DNA of 64,000 nt from Opitutus sp. GAS368 (GTDB lineage: Bacteria; Verrucomicrobiota; Verrucomicrobiia; Opitutales; Opitutaceae). Positions 51,421 to 60,846 of the stretch are shown piece by piece (position 1 is the stretch's first letter; each line of letters starts with the position of its first letter). The DNA lies in NCBI GenBank assembly GCA_945861645.1, contig CAMAVZ010000008.1, forward strand, positions 1 through 64,000, read 5' to 3'. Under the pieces are notes generated by a model. It ran no database searches. It saw nothing but the letters and a program-made list of their open reading frames with translations, and was not told where the DNA came from. The position numbers and the translations under genes were made by a program.

Positions 51421-53850
51421 TTAGAGCGAGGCTCTAACCTTTTGCACCTCGAAGCATTCGATCCGATCGCCGGGCTGATAGCCGTCATAGCCCTCGAGGC
51501 GAATACCGCACTCGAGACCCGCGCGGACTTCATTGGCGTCATCCTTAAAGCGACGCAGCGTGCTGACCTTACCCTCAAACACAGCATCTTTACCGCGGCG
51601 CACTCGGGCCGTGGTGCCGCGATTGATTTTCCCTTCGGTCACCAGACAGCCCGCGACAAAACCCTTCGCCACAGGAAATACCTGACGAACTTCGGCGCCA
51701 CCGGTTTTATTTTCCTTCAAATCAGGATCCAGCAGATCGGCCATCAACTCTTTCACCCGATCGGCGAGTTCATAGATGATCGCAAAATTCTCGACGGTGA
51801 CACCATGGTGTTTGGTCAAGGCAGTGACGCCATTTTCCTGCTTCGTGTTAAATCCGATAATAACCGACTGAGAAGCGCTCGCCATCAGCACGTCGTTCTT
51901 GCTGATAATCCCGACATCGGCAGCGACAATATCGAGGGAAACTTTGGTGCTCTTGATTCCCTCGAGAACATTTTTTACGGCCTCCAAGGAGCCAAAAACG
52001 TCGGATTTGATCACCACCCGCAGCATCTTGCCTTGCGTGGCGGCGATATTGGCAAACAGCGCCTCCAGCGAAGTATCCTTCGGCACCGCATCGCCGGTCG
52101 TCGTCACTTTCTTCAGATTATCCTCGACCTCTTCCGCTAATTTTTCCGCTTCGCGGACGTTCTTAACCGACACAAATTTAGCGCCAGAATCCGGCGCGCC
52201 CGACCAGCCAATCACGCGGACCGGCAAACCAGGAGGGGCCTCTTTAATATTGCTACCTTGGTCATCGAACATTGCGCGCACTTTGGCGAAATGCGGACCG
52301 CACACGATCGCATCACCGATCCGGAGGGTGCCTCGTTGAATAATAACCGTGGCCAGCGGGCCGCGGCCCATGTCGATCTGTGACTCAATCACGACCCCAC
52401 TGGCTTCCGCCTTGGGATTAGCTTTGAGCTCCAACACCTCGGCTTGGAGTAAAATCATATCGAGCATTTCCGTAATGCCCTGCGCCTTGATGGCCGCGAC
52501 CGGCATCGTAACCGTCGTCCCGCCCCAATCCTCCGGCGCGATTTGCCGTTCCTGCATCTGCTGCTTGACCCGCTCAATATTGGCGCCCTTCACGTCCATC
52601 TTATTGACAGCAACCATGAGGACTACTTTGGCGTCGAGCGCATGCTGCAACGCCTCGTCAGTTTGGGGCATGAAGCCGTCATCCGCCGCCACCACGAGTA
52701 CCGCAATATCCGTGACCGAGGCGCCGCGCGCGCGCATTTTGGTAAAAGCGGCGTGACCAGGCGTATCGAGGAAAGTTACTTTGTGGCCGTTATGCTCGAT
52801 CTGGTAAGCACCAATGTGCTGCGTAATGCCACCCGCTTCCCCCGCGGCGACGTTCGCTTTACGGACGGCATCGAGCAGAGAAGTTTTTCCATGGTCGACG
52901 TGACCGAGAATACAAACCACGGGCGGACGAGGAGCGAGATTCTTGATATCTTCTTCGCGCGCTTTTTCCGCTTTGTTGATTTTGATGATCTCCGGCGCGA
53001 CGGGCGCCACGACGGCTTCACCGCGGTGCTTGATGTCGAGGAGGAAGCCATGCTTCTCCGCGACCTTAGTCGCAATGGCCTCATCGATGGACTGATTCAT
53101 CGAGGCGAAGATTTTCATCTCCATCAATTCCGAGATCAGTTTGAAAGGCTTCAGGCCGAGCGCGACGGCGAATTCGCGGACAATAATCGGCGGCTTCAGA
53201 TGAATCACCTTAACCCCATCCTCTTCCGTAACCGTGATGGTCGGGGCCGAGGCGGAAGCCGCCGTCGGAAACTGCGGAGCAAATTTAGCCGGTGAAGGTA
53301 CCGTCGAGGCCGGCGCGCGCGGGATGCTCACCGGCGGCGGCGCGACCGGCGATTTAGCTAAGGTTGGGACAGCCGGCGGCGCACTGCGCAAGGCTGGGGC
53401 CGGCGCGGGTCTGGGGGCCGACGAGAACGGCGCCGCTACCCGCGGGGCTGGAATGGGTGGTAGGGGCGGGGCCTTCAGCACCGGCGCCACGGGCAATCTT
53501 GGGGCGAGCACGACGGGAGCCACCGGCGCCGGATTAGCTGCCGCGCGCGCCGCAGCCCCGGCTTTAACCACCTCTTCTTTCTCGCGGGCAATATCCTGCA
53601 CCGATTTTACAAAAACGCCCAGAGGTAATTTGAGCTTCGGCTCGGCCACCACGACGGGAGCGGCGAGGACCACGGGAGCGGCGACAGGAACCCCGTATTT
53701 TTTCTCAATCTCGTCGTAGTAAATCTTACTGACGGTGCTCGAAACCGACTTGGTATCCGCCGAGACGTAACCCTGCGCCTTGAGCCAGACCAGCATGTCT
53801 TTGGGCTCAATATTGTATTGCTTGGCGATCTCGTGGATACGGGCACTCAT
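51421..53850 (-). CDS. infB: Translation initiation factor IF-2
   Basis: GHVDHGKTSLLD, GGITQHIGAY, DTPGH, NKMD. Confidence 0.98.
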   Translation of the reverse strand: MSARIHEIAKQYNIEPKDMLVWLKAQGYVSADTKSVSSTVSKIYYDEIEKKYGVPVAAPVVLAAPVVVAEPKLKLPLGVFVKSVQDIAREKEEVVKAGAAARAAANPAPVAPVVLAPRLPVAPVLKAPPLPPIPAPRVAAPFSSAPRPAPAPALRSAPPAVPTLAKSPVAPPPVSIPRAPASTVPSPAKFAPQFPTAASASAPTITVTEEDGVKVIHLKPPIIVREFAVALGLKPFKLISELMEMKIFASMNQSIDEAIATKVAEKHGFLLDIKHRGEAVVAPVAPEIIKINKAEKAREEDIKNLAPRPPVVCILGHVDHGKTSLLDAVRKANVAAGEAGGITQHIGAYQIEHNGHKVTFLDTPGHAAFTKMRARGASVTDIAVLVVAADDGFMPQTDEALQHALDAKVVLMVAVNKMDVKGANIERVKQQMQERQIAPEDWGGTTVTMPVAAIKAQGITEMLDMILLQAEVLELKANPKAEASGVVIESQIDMGRGPLATVIIQRGTLRIGDAIVCGPHFAKVRAMFDDQGSNIKEAPPGLPVRVIGWSGAPDSGAKFVSVKNVREAEKLAEEVEDNLKKVTTTGDAVPKDTSLEALFANIAATQGKMLRVVIKSDVFGSLEAVKNVLEGIKSTKVSLDIVAADVGIISKNDVLMASASQSVIIGFNTKQENGVTALTKHHGVTVENFAIIYELADRVKELMADLLDPDLKENKTGGAEVRQVFPVAKGFVAGCLVTEGKINRGTTARVRRGKDAVFEGKVSTLRRFKDDANEVRAGLECGIRLEGYDGYQPGDRIECFEVQKVRASL

Positions 53851-53882
53851 TCAGTTAGGCGGCGGCGGGGGAAATAAAATGT

Positions 53883-55109
53883 TTAAGATCCAGAAACTTT
53901 GTTGATGACGTCCTGCGCCTCAGCCTCGGTGAAACCTGACTCAACCAAATCCTTAGCCTCGACGCCTTCAAAGGCAGCCGGTGAGTTAATGCCTTGGGTC
54001 ACCAAGCGCTCTGCCACCGCGGGATCAAACGCATAGGTCGTGACGAGCAAGCTGATGGCTTGAGCCCGTGGATCAACGGCGACGAGCTTGTATTCTTCGA
54101 TGTCGAGCCGGCAGCCGACCAAGCGTGAGGTCAGGCGCGCGTTTTGTCCCTTGCGGCCAATGGCGACCGCGAGGTCATCATTAACCACTCGGACGAGCAG
54201 ACGCTTATTTTTTTCATCGAGAATAATTTCGCGCGGCACGGCCGGCTTGAGCGCCTCAATCAACATTTCCTTCGTGTCGGTATGATACGGAATGATGTCA
54301 ATTTTTTCGCCATTCAGTTCGCGCACCACGCTCTTCACGCGGGCCCCACGCGCGCCGACGCAAGCGCCGACGGGATCAACTTTCGGATCGGTGCTCGTGA
54401 CGGCGATCTTCGTACGATAGCCTGGTTCACGAGCGAAAGCCTCAATCTTAACCGTGCCATCAGCAATTTCCGTGACTTCGAGTTCGAAGAGGCGCCGAAC
54501 AAATTTGGGGCTCGCGCGACTGAGAATAATCTCCGGACCGCGGCTGCCGTTCTCAATTTCCAATAAAATACAGCGAATGCGCTCGCCGGGCGCGTATTCT
54601 TCACCAGGAACCTGCTCTTTGCTGGGCATCACCGCCTCAGCTTTGCCGAGATCGATGAACAAGTCATTGCGCTCACGGCGGCGAACGGTGCCGCTGACAA
54701 TGTCGCCGACCGAATCCTTAAAGTCATCGTAAATGCGCTCCTTCTCGAACTGACGGAGCTTTTGCATGATGGCTTGACGAGCCGTCTGCGCCGCAATGCG
54801 GCCGAGGTAGGAAGGATCAACTTCTTTGTCAATGGTGTCGCCGACGACCGCCCCGGGCTTCAACGCCTGGGCCTTCTCGACGTGAATCTGCAGCTTCGAA
54901 TCAGACACTGAATCCACAACCTTCAGCTGTGACCAGGCCGTGAGTTGGCCGTTCTTAGCATTAATTTCGATCCTGAGTTCCTGCCCAGAGGTAACGCCCT
55001 TCAATGCGGCGGTTTTGATCGCGGTGACGATCGTGGAGATCATATCGGCACGGGGAATGCCTTTCTCCTTCTCCATATATTCGAGAACGGACAAGATTTC
55101 GCTGCTCAT
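53883..55109 (-). CDS. nusA: Transcription termination/antitermination factor NusA
   Basis: [38 protein letters not shown]. Confidence 0.98.
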   Translation of the reverse strand: MSSEILSVLEYMEKEKGIPRADMISTIVTAIKTAALKGVTSGQELRIEINAKNGQLTAWSQLKVVDSVSDSKLQIHVEKAQALKPGAVVGDTIDKEVDPSYLGRIAAQTARQAIMQKLRQFEKERIYDDFKDSVGDIVSGTVRRRERNDLFIDLGKAEAVMPSKEQVPGEEYAPGERIRCILLEIENGSRGPEIILSRASPKFVRRLFELEVTEIADGTVKIEAFAREPGYRTKIAVTSTDPKVDPVGACVGARGARVKSVVRELNGEKIDIIPYHTDTKEMLIEALKPAVPREIILDEKNKRLLVRVVNDDLAVAIGRKGQNARLTSRLVGCRLDIEEYKLVAVDPRAQAISLLVTTYAFDPAVAERLVTQGINSPAAFEGVEAKDLVESGFTEAEAQDVINKVSGS

Positions 55110-55129
55110 GATGTGTTTTGATTAATGTG

Positions 55130-55161
55130 AAAAAAAAAGCGGACCCGAGGGCCCACTTTTT
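55130..55161 (-). promoter_or_regulatory. rimP-leader-like terminator/attenuator upstream of nusA
   Basis: Minus strand AAAAGTGGGCCC-TC-GGGTCCGC-T9, about 20 nt before the nusA start. Confidence 0.7.
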
Positions 55162-55241
55162 AGAAAGTGAACTAGTTATAGGAGGCGGAAGATATTGAAC
55201 GGGTCGAACGCTTGTCAAGCACTCGGCAAGTTTTCTGTGTA

Positions 55242-56450
55242 TCAGTGACTTGCACAAGCTTCATGCTGTAAAATCCAACCCAGCAACCCCTGCGCGCAGC
55301 CGTGGCAAAGCGATTCTCCGCGCGGACCCGTCAGCCCCAGCTTCGGCAAGGCCCGGCGCAACCCGTCTGGAAAATCGCCTAAATACCAATAAAACCAGAG
55401 ATTAAAAAGATCATTACCGCCTTCCCGCGCCGCCAGCAACGGCAAGAAACCATCGCATACGAGATTATCTAACCGACTTCCCCCGACCGCGCCCCCCAAT
55501 AATTCACTGACTAACTGCGTGCGCTGAAGTTTGAGGCCCAGGAGTTGTCGGGCGCGGCCCGGACTGACGCCCTCCCCTAGTGCAACGCGGTTGCTGAGCA
55601 GGCGACCCAAGTGCTCGGGCCATTCCGGTTGGTGCGTGACCCAGCGTTGATATTGCCGCAAGCGAGTGAGCGGATGATTCGCCGGCCGAATTCCCTGCCG
55701 CCGCCACGATAGGTCTCTGGTCGCGAAAATTTCAGCGGGCTCGATCCCGGCCACCCAACGCGCCAGCGGGTAATGCGTAGCCACGGCCAAAAAAGCGGCG
55801 CGATTTTTTTGATAGCCTAAAATTTCAAGTGCGGTTTGGTGCGCCGCTTCCATCCACCCCAGCTGCGCAATCCGGCGCTGCGCGAAATGTACTTTCTGCT
55901 GCCACCGGCGCTGCGCATGCATGCGCATGACCGCGCGGCGTGGTTCGATCGGCTCCGCTGCCAGCGCGGCGAAACGCTCCCACTGATCGCGGGCGGTGAT
56001 GATTTCAAGCGCATCGTCGGAAGCGTATTCCTCAAGATCGCGATGCAACAGCGGCAGCAATACCAGCGTCGGCAGCACGGGGCCCGCAGCGTGCTGCGCG
56101 GGCAATTCACCTGCACTCGGCGGAAATAAGACAACATGCAGCACGACGCGCGCATACGCCGGATCAGTCGCATGCTGGTGCGCCCGCCAATCCGCCTGAT
56201 GGAAATGAACCTCAATGTCCCCCGTGATTTCTTGGCCAGCAATCACAAGCCGCGCCCCATAAAAATCGGGGCCACCCAATAAATTCCACGCCCCCACCGA
56301 GCGAATCTGGATCGCGCGACCATCGGTCAGCGTGGCCCGATCTCGGGCAAAATCTTCGCGCAACCAAATTTTCTGCACGACCCGCTCCGCCATCGTAAAG
56401 GGACCGTACAGTCCCTGCAGTTCCGCGACATAATTAAATATAATGGCCAT
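55242..56450 (-). CDS. DUF2851 family protein
   Basis: GAWNLLGGPDF, GDIEVH...DWRAHQH..DPAY..VVLHVV, RPANHP. Confidence 0.85.
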   Translation of the reverse strand: MAIIFNYVAELQGLYGPFTMAERVVQKIWLREDFARDRATLTDGRAIQIRSVGAWNLLGGPDFYGARLVIAGQEITGDIEVHFHQADWRAHQHATDPAYARVVLHVVLFPPSAGELPAQHAAGPVLPTLVLLPLLHRDLEEYASDDALEIITARDQWERFAALAAEPIEPRRAVMRMHAQRRWQQKVHFAQRRIAQLGWMEAAHQTALEILGYQKNRAAFLAVATHYPLARWVAGIEPAEIFATRDLSWRRQGIRPANHPLTRLRQYQRWVTHQPEWPEHLGRLLSNRVALGEGVSPGRARQLLGLKLQRTQLVSELLGGAVGGSRLDNLVCDGFLPLLAAREGGNDLFNLWFYWYLGDFPDGLRRALPKLGLTGPRGESLCHGCAQGLLGWILQHEACASH

Positions 56451-56540
56451 GGGGTATTAATCCGCGCTTGGCCCCGCAACGAACGTGCTCGCAAGCTGAG
56501 CCGTCTGCTTCCCCGCGGCGAGGGGAAACCGCCCCCGAAC

Positions 56541-58043
56541 TTAAATAAGCTGCAAATGCCGATCCGTCGCGCGTTGCACCGCGGCAAAATGCACTGCATT
56601 CACCGCGAGCTTCACGTCGAGGGCATACGTGGGCACCATCGCTGCTAAACGCGCCTGGCCTTCACTCGTGGCGAGCAGTTCCGGCAAACAAAGCTTAATG
56701 ACATCGAGGACAATATTAACGCATACCGAGGCGCCGGGCGAGGCCCCGAGCAACGCGGAAATGGTGCGATCGGCGTTGGTGATGACCTCCGTGCCGTAAT
56801 GCACAATGCCCGCTTCCCCATCAGTTTTCTTGATCGCTTGAACGCGAATGCCCGCCTCGATGAGTTGCCAATCCTTAGCCTGCGCGTGGGGATAAAAAAT
56901 ATGCAGCACCGCCAAGCGATCCGCCATACTCTGAGTGCCTTGCTGCACCAAATAGCGAACCAAGGGCAGATTCGTCGCGGCAATTTTTAGCAGCGTTAAA
57001 AAATTATGGGGTTTCACCGAAGCCAGCAGATCCGTCCAACTTCCTTGGCGATGCAGAAATTTTGTCGTCCACGCAGCAAACGGCCCAAAGAGCAGCGTCT
57101 TCTTGCCATCGAGGATGCGCTGATCGAGGTGCGGCACGGCCATGGTCGGGGCGGCGTCCAGCGCCTGCCCATAAACTTTCGCCGCGTGGCGTTCCACAAT
57201 CGCAGGATTATCGCACACCAACCACTGGCCACCGATCGGGAAGCCGCCGATCCCTTTGCTTTCCGGAATGCCGGCTTGTTGCAGTAAATGTAAACTGCCG
57301 CCGCCGGCCCCCACGAAAACAAATTTCGCGTGATTCTGGCGCCGCTCGCCGGTGGTCAGATCGCGACTGCTCACCGTCCAACCGGTCGCGGTTTTCTTCA
57401 GAGCCACCACGCGATGATTAGTCGCGAGGCCGCACCCCGGTTGGGCGTGGAGCCAATTTAATAATTTTCGCGAAATCACTCCGAAATTTACATCCGTCCC
57501 ACTCGCCATCTGTGTGGCCGCAATCGGCACCGCCGGATCCCGCCCTTCCACCAGCAAGGGGGCCCAACCGCCAATCGTCGCCGCGTCCGTGCTGTAAATC
57601 ATGTCGGTAAAAAAATGATGCGCCGCCAGGCCCGCGTGCCGGGCGCGCAGAAAATCCACTTGGTCCGCCCCATGCACGAAGCTGATATGCTGGATCGGAT
57701 TAATGAATTCGCGGGGCTGATTGATCATGCCTGCCGCGACCGCGTAGCTCCAAAATTGTTTGGAGTGAGAAAATTGCTCATAAATCTCAATGACCTTTTG
57801 CACCTTAACGGTCCCATCGGCTTCCCGCTTGGGGGTATAACTGAGCTCGCAAATCCCCGCATGCCCCGTGCCCGCGTTGTTCCAGCCATGCGAACTTTCC
57901 TGCGCTAACTCTGCCGTCACTTCATATAATTGAATCTTTAACTTCGGCTCCAATCGCTTGAGCAGCGCGCCGAGATTAGCCGACATCACGCCGCTCCCGA
58001 TCAGGATAACGTCCGGATTTTCAATGTGCTTGGAATAGGCCAT
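56541..58043 (-). CDS. mqo: Malate:quinone oxidoreductase
   Basis: ESSHGWNNAGTGHA, CELSYT, VPHLD, LLGASPGAS. Confidence 0.95.
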   Translation of the reverse strand: MAYSKHIENPDVILIGSGVMSANLGALLKRLEPKLKIQLYEVTAELAQESSHGWNNAGTGHAGICELSYTPKREADGTVKVQKVIEIYEQFSHSKQFWSYAVAAGMINQPREFINPIQHISFVHGADQVDFLRARHAGLAAHHFFTDMIYSTDAATIGGWAPLLVEGRDPAVPIAATQMASGTDVNFGVISRKLLNWLHAQPGCGLATNHRVVALKKTATGWTVSSRDLTTGERRQNHAKFVFVGAGGGSLHLLQQAGIPESKGIGGFPIGGQWLVCDNPAIVERHAAKVYGQALDAAPTMAVPHLDQRILDGKKTLLFGPFAAWTTKFLHRQGSWTDLLASVKPHNFLTLLKIAATNLPLVRYLVQQGTQSMADRLAVLHIFYPHAQAKDWQLIEAGIRVQAIKKTDGEAGIVHYGTEVITNADRTISALLGASPGASVCVNIVLDVIKLCLPELLATSEGQARLAAMVPTYALDVKLAVNAVHFAAVQRATDRHLQLI

Positions 58044-58107
58044 AATTCAATTTTTGCGCTGAGCGCCCGAGCTCAGCGCAGGGCGCCGAGCGCAGCTTGA
58101 TTTAAAA

Positions 58108-59391
58108 TTAACCGCGCCGACTGAGTACTTTGGTTTCGTAATTCGCCACCGCCGTGAGCCACGTGGCGGCCGGGGGGGTCCCGCCACGCACGCAGAGCAT
58201 ATCCCACACCGCGCCCCAGGGCATCGCCTTCGATTGTTCCATAAGCGCCAAGCGCTCATGGCCGCGACCACCCGCCTCGGCGGCCTTTAATATTTTGGTC
58301 GGATCCAGCAGTCCGAGCAGGATCGCTTGCCGCGTGGCGCGGGCGCCGACGACATACGCCGCGATACGATTGATGCTGGCGTCAAAGAAATCGAGCGCGA
58401 CGAAGACGCGATTGAATGCCCCACCTCGAGCAATTTCGGTAAACAGCGCGCGGACGGCATCATCCAGAATCACCACGTGATCACTATCCCACCGAATCGG
58501 CCGACTGGTGTGCAACAAGAGCCGAGGATGAAATTGCAGCAGGGCGGATACTTTATCGGCGACGGATTCTGTCGGATGATAATGACCGAGATCCAGACAC
58601 GGGACGACCGACCGACTCTGCGCGTAGGCCGCGTAAAATTCGTGGGAGCCGACGACATAATCCTCACTGCCGATGCCAAAAAGTTTTCCTTCCACCGCAT
58701 CGACGCAATGCGCGCGACTCACCTTGGAGTCGGCCAAGATAGCATCGAGCGACTCCGCCAGCCGGGCGCGCGGGGCCCAGCGATCGGCCGGTTGATCTTT
58801 GGTGCCATCAGGAATCCAATGATTAATGACACTGGGTGAACCGAGCTTTTTGGAAAAATGCTGCGCGATCCGGCGACTCGCCCGACCGTGCTCAATCCAG
58901 AATTCGCGTACTTTTTTATCGGCACTCGCGAGCGTAAAACCGGAGTTAGCTAACTCGTGCGCAAAATACGTAGGATTAAAATCTAAGCCGACGCGCCGGT
59001 CCTGGGCCCAATCTAACCAACGCGAGAAATGCGCGGAGCTCAGGGCATCACGGTCGACCGTTTTTTTACCCGTCTCAGCGTAAAAAGCGTGGAGGTTCAG
59101 GCGTTGTTTACCGGGCAGCAATTTCAACACGAGATCGAGATCCGCTCGCATCTCGTCGCCATTGCGCGCGCGACCGGGATAACTGCCCGTGGCGAGCGTG
59201 CCGCAACCGACCAGTCCCTCTCGCGGAGTTTCCAAGCCACGGACATCGTCGGCTTGCCAGCAATGCAACGAGATCGGCACCGCGAGCGCGCGCTTGATGG
59301 CGGCATCGGTGTCTACCCCGCGCTCCGCATAAGCGGCGCGAGCGAGACGATAGGCGGAAGTAATGGCAGCCCGGGAAGTGGATAAGTTCAT
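58108..59391 (-). CDS. rhaA: L-rhamnose isomerase
   Basis: SLHCWQADDV, LDFNPT, EGKLFGIGSE, GSHEFY, RWDSDHV, LDFFDASINR. Confidence 0.96.
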   Translation of the reverse strand: MNLSTSRAAITSAYRLARAAYAERGVDTDAAIKRALAVPISLHCWQADDVRGLETPREGLVGCGTLATGSYPGRARNGDEMRADLDLVLKLLPGKQRLNLHAFYAETGKKTVDRDALSSAHFSRWLDWAQDRRVGLDFNPTYFAHELANSGFTLASADKKVREFWIEHGRASRRIAQHFSKKLGSPSVINHWIPDGTKDQPADRWAPRARLAESLDAILADSKVSRAHCVDAVEGKLFGIGSEDYVVGSHEFYAAYAQSRSVVPCLDLGHYHPTESVADKVSALLQFHPRLLLHTSRPIRWDSDHVVILDDAVRALFTEIARGGAFNRVFVALDFFDASINRIAAYVVGARATRQAILLGLLDPTKILKAAEAGGRGHERLALMEQSKAMPWGAVWDMLCVRGGTPPAATWLTAVANYETKVLSRRG

Positions 59392-60812
59392 ACAGATTGC
59401 GGGGGATAAATAACGGGAGTGAGTTGCCGAGAAAACAGCGCGCGGAAAGCCGTAAGATTACGCACCGCGCGCAGGCCGATCAACTGTGAAGCAATGTTGC
59501 CCACGGCGGTGCCTTCGAGCGTGAAGGCGTGCACCGGCCGACCACTCGCGTTGGCGGTGGCCTGACACAAGAGGCGATTCTTTGAACCGCCCCCAACGAT
59601 CAGGATGCGGGAGAATTGCCGCCCCGCCAGGCGCTCGAAAGCGCGCAGCGCATCGGCGTGCCCTTGCCCGAGTGAAGCGCAAATCAAGCGCGTGTAAGCA
59701 GCGATATTTTTAGGCATCGGGAGTTTTCGCTTTCTCAACTGCGCATCGATCGCGGCGCGCATCGAGGGTGGATTGACGAAGGCTGGATCCGTAACATCAA
59801 GCAATTGCTGCGGCGCCGGCAATCGGGTGGCGGCGGTAATGAGTTTTGCCCACGCGCGATCGTTGGTGGGACGCGCGGCAAATTCTTTTAGCGTTTGCTC
59901 GAGCAGCCAGAGACCAATCACGTTGGTCAGCGGACGATAGCGACCGTCCCCAATGCGTTCGTTGGAAATCCGCGCCGCCAGCGCACCCGCACCGAGCACC
60001 GGCGTGTCGCTCTCAAAGCCCACCAGTGACCATGTGCCGGAGCTGATATAAAGATCCCCGCCCGCTGGGTTGGCGGGCATCGCGTCATAGGCGCAGGCCG
60101 TATCGTGACCGGGCACGGCGACGACTTTTACCCCAGCTAATTCGCGTAAACCCGTGAGCGGTCCGAGCACGGTATTCGCCAAGATGGGTGGCGTGAACCA
60201 CGTCGCGGGTAGATGAAAATGATCCAGGGTGGCGCGCGACCAATCGGTCCCGTGCACGTCGAGCAACTGCGTCGTGCTGGCAAAAGAAATCTCGTTCGTC
60301 ATTTTGCCCGACAAGAGATAATTAAAATAGTCAGGCAGAAACAAACAGCGCGTGGCAAGGTCCGTGACCGCCGGGCACTGCGCCACCGTTTCCGCTAACT
60401 GCAGGCTCGAGTTATAGAAAACATTGGGAACACCGGTCGCCGCATAAATTCGCTCTAGGGCGGCGCGGGTATTCGCCAAGCGCTGTAAACCGGGTTGCGT
60501 CCGAGCATCGCGGTAAGCGTGGGTCGGAAAAACCATCCGGCCGGCGTCGTTCACTAAAACGTAATCGACGCCCCAGGTGTCCACGCCCACGGACACCAAC
60601 TGGGGGAAGCGGCGCTTGGCCTCGCGCAAGCCGTGGCTGATCTGCGTCCAGAGGCCGGGCAGATCCCAGTAATCGTGTCCGCCGATCGAGCGAAACTGAT
60701 TGGGGAAACGATGCACTTCCGTCAGCGTGAGCTTATTTTTCGCCCAGGTTCCGACGATCACGCGACCGCTGGTTGCGCCGAGATCAACTGCTGCACAATG
60801 GATAGTTTTCAT
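59388..60812 (-). CDS. rhaB: Rhamnulokinase
   Basis: AVDLGATSGR, DTWGVDY, HDTA, ISSGTWSL, IVGGGS; ATG at 60812. Confidence 0.93.
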   Translation of the reverse strand: MKTIHCAAVDLGATSGRVIVGTWAKNKLTLTEVHRFPNQFRSIGGHDYWDLPGLWTQISHGLREAKRRFPQLVSVGVDTWGVDYVLVNDAGRMVFPTHAYRDARTQPGLQRLANTRAALERIYAATGVPNVFYNSSLQLAETVAQCPAVTDLATRCLFLPDYFNYLLSGKMTNEISFASTTQLLDVHGTDWSRATLDHFHLPATWFTPPILANTVLGPLTGLRELAGVKVVAVPGHDTACAYDAMPANPAGGDLYISSGTWSLVGFESDTPVLGAGALAARISNERIGDGRYRPLTNVIGLWLLEQTLKEFAARPTNDRAWAKLITAATRLPAPQQLLDVTDPAFVNPPSMRAAIDAQLRKRKLPMPKNIAAYTRLICASLGQGHADALRAFERLAGRQFSRILIVGGGSKNRLLCQATANASGRPVHAFTLEGTAVGNIASQLIGLRAVRNLTAFRALFSRQLTPVIYPPQSV

Positions 60813-60846
60813 GATAACGAGGGGGGGGCGGGACTCGTGGGTCAGC

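Noticed and set aside
53220-53700. Repetitive Pro/Ala-rich sequence in the IF-2 N-terminus (also the RpoD N-terminus)
   Set aside because: Low-complexity protein linker, not a DNA repeat or CRISPR array
51442-53719. Long antisense ORFs opposite infB (and similar ones opposite rnr, rpoD and the rha genes)
   Set aside because: Expected shadow frames of GC-rich, codon-biased genes; no recognisable motifs
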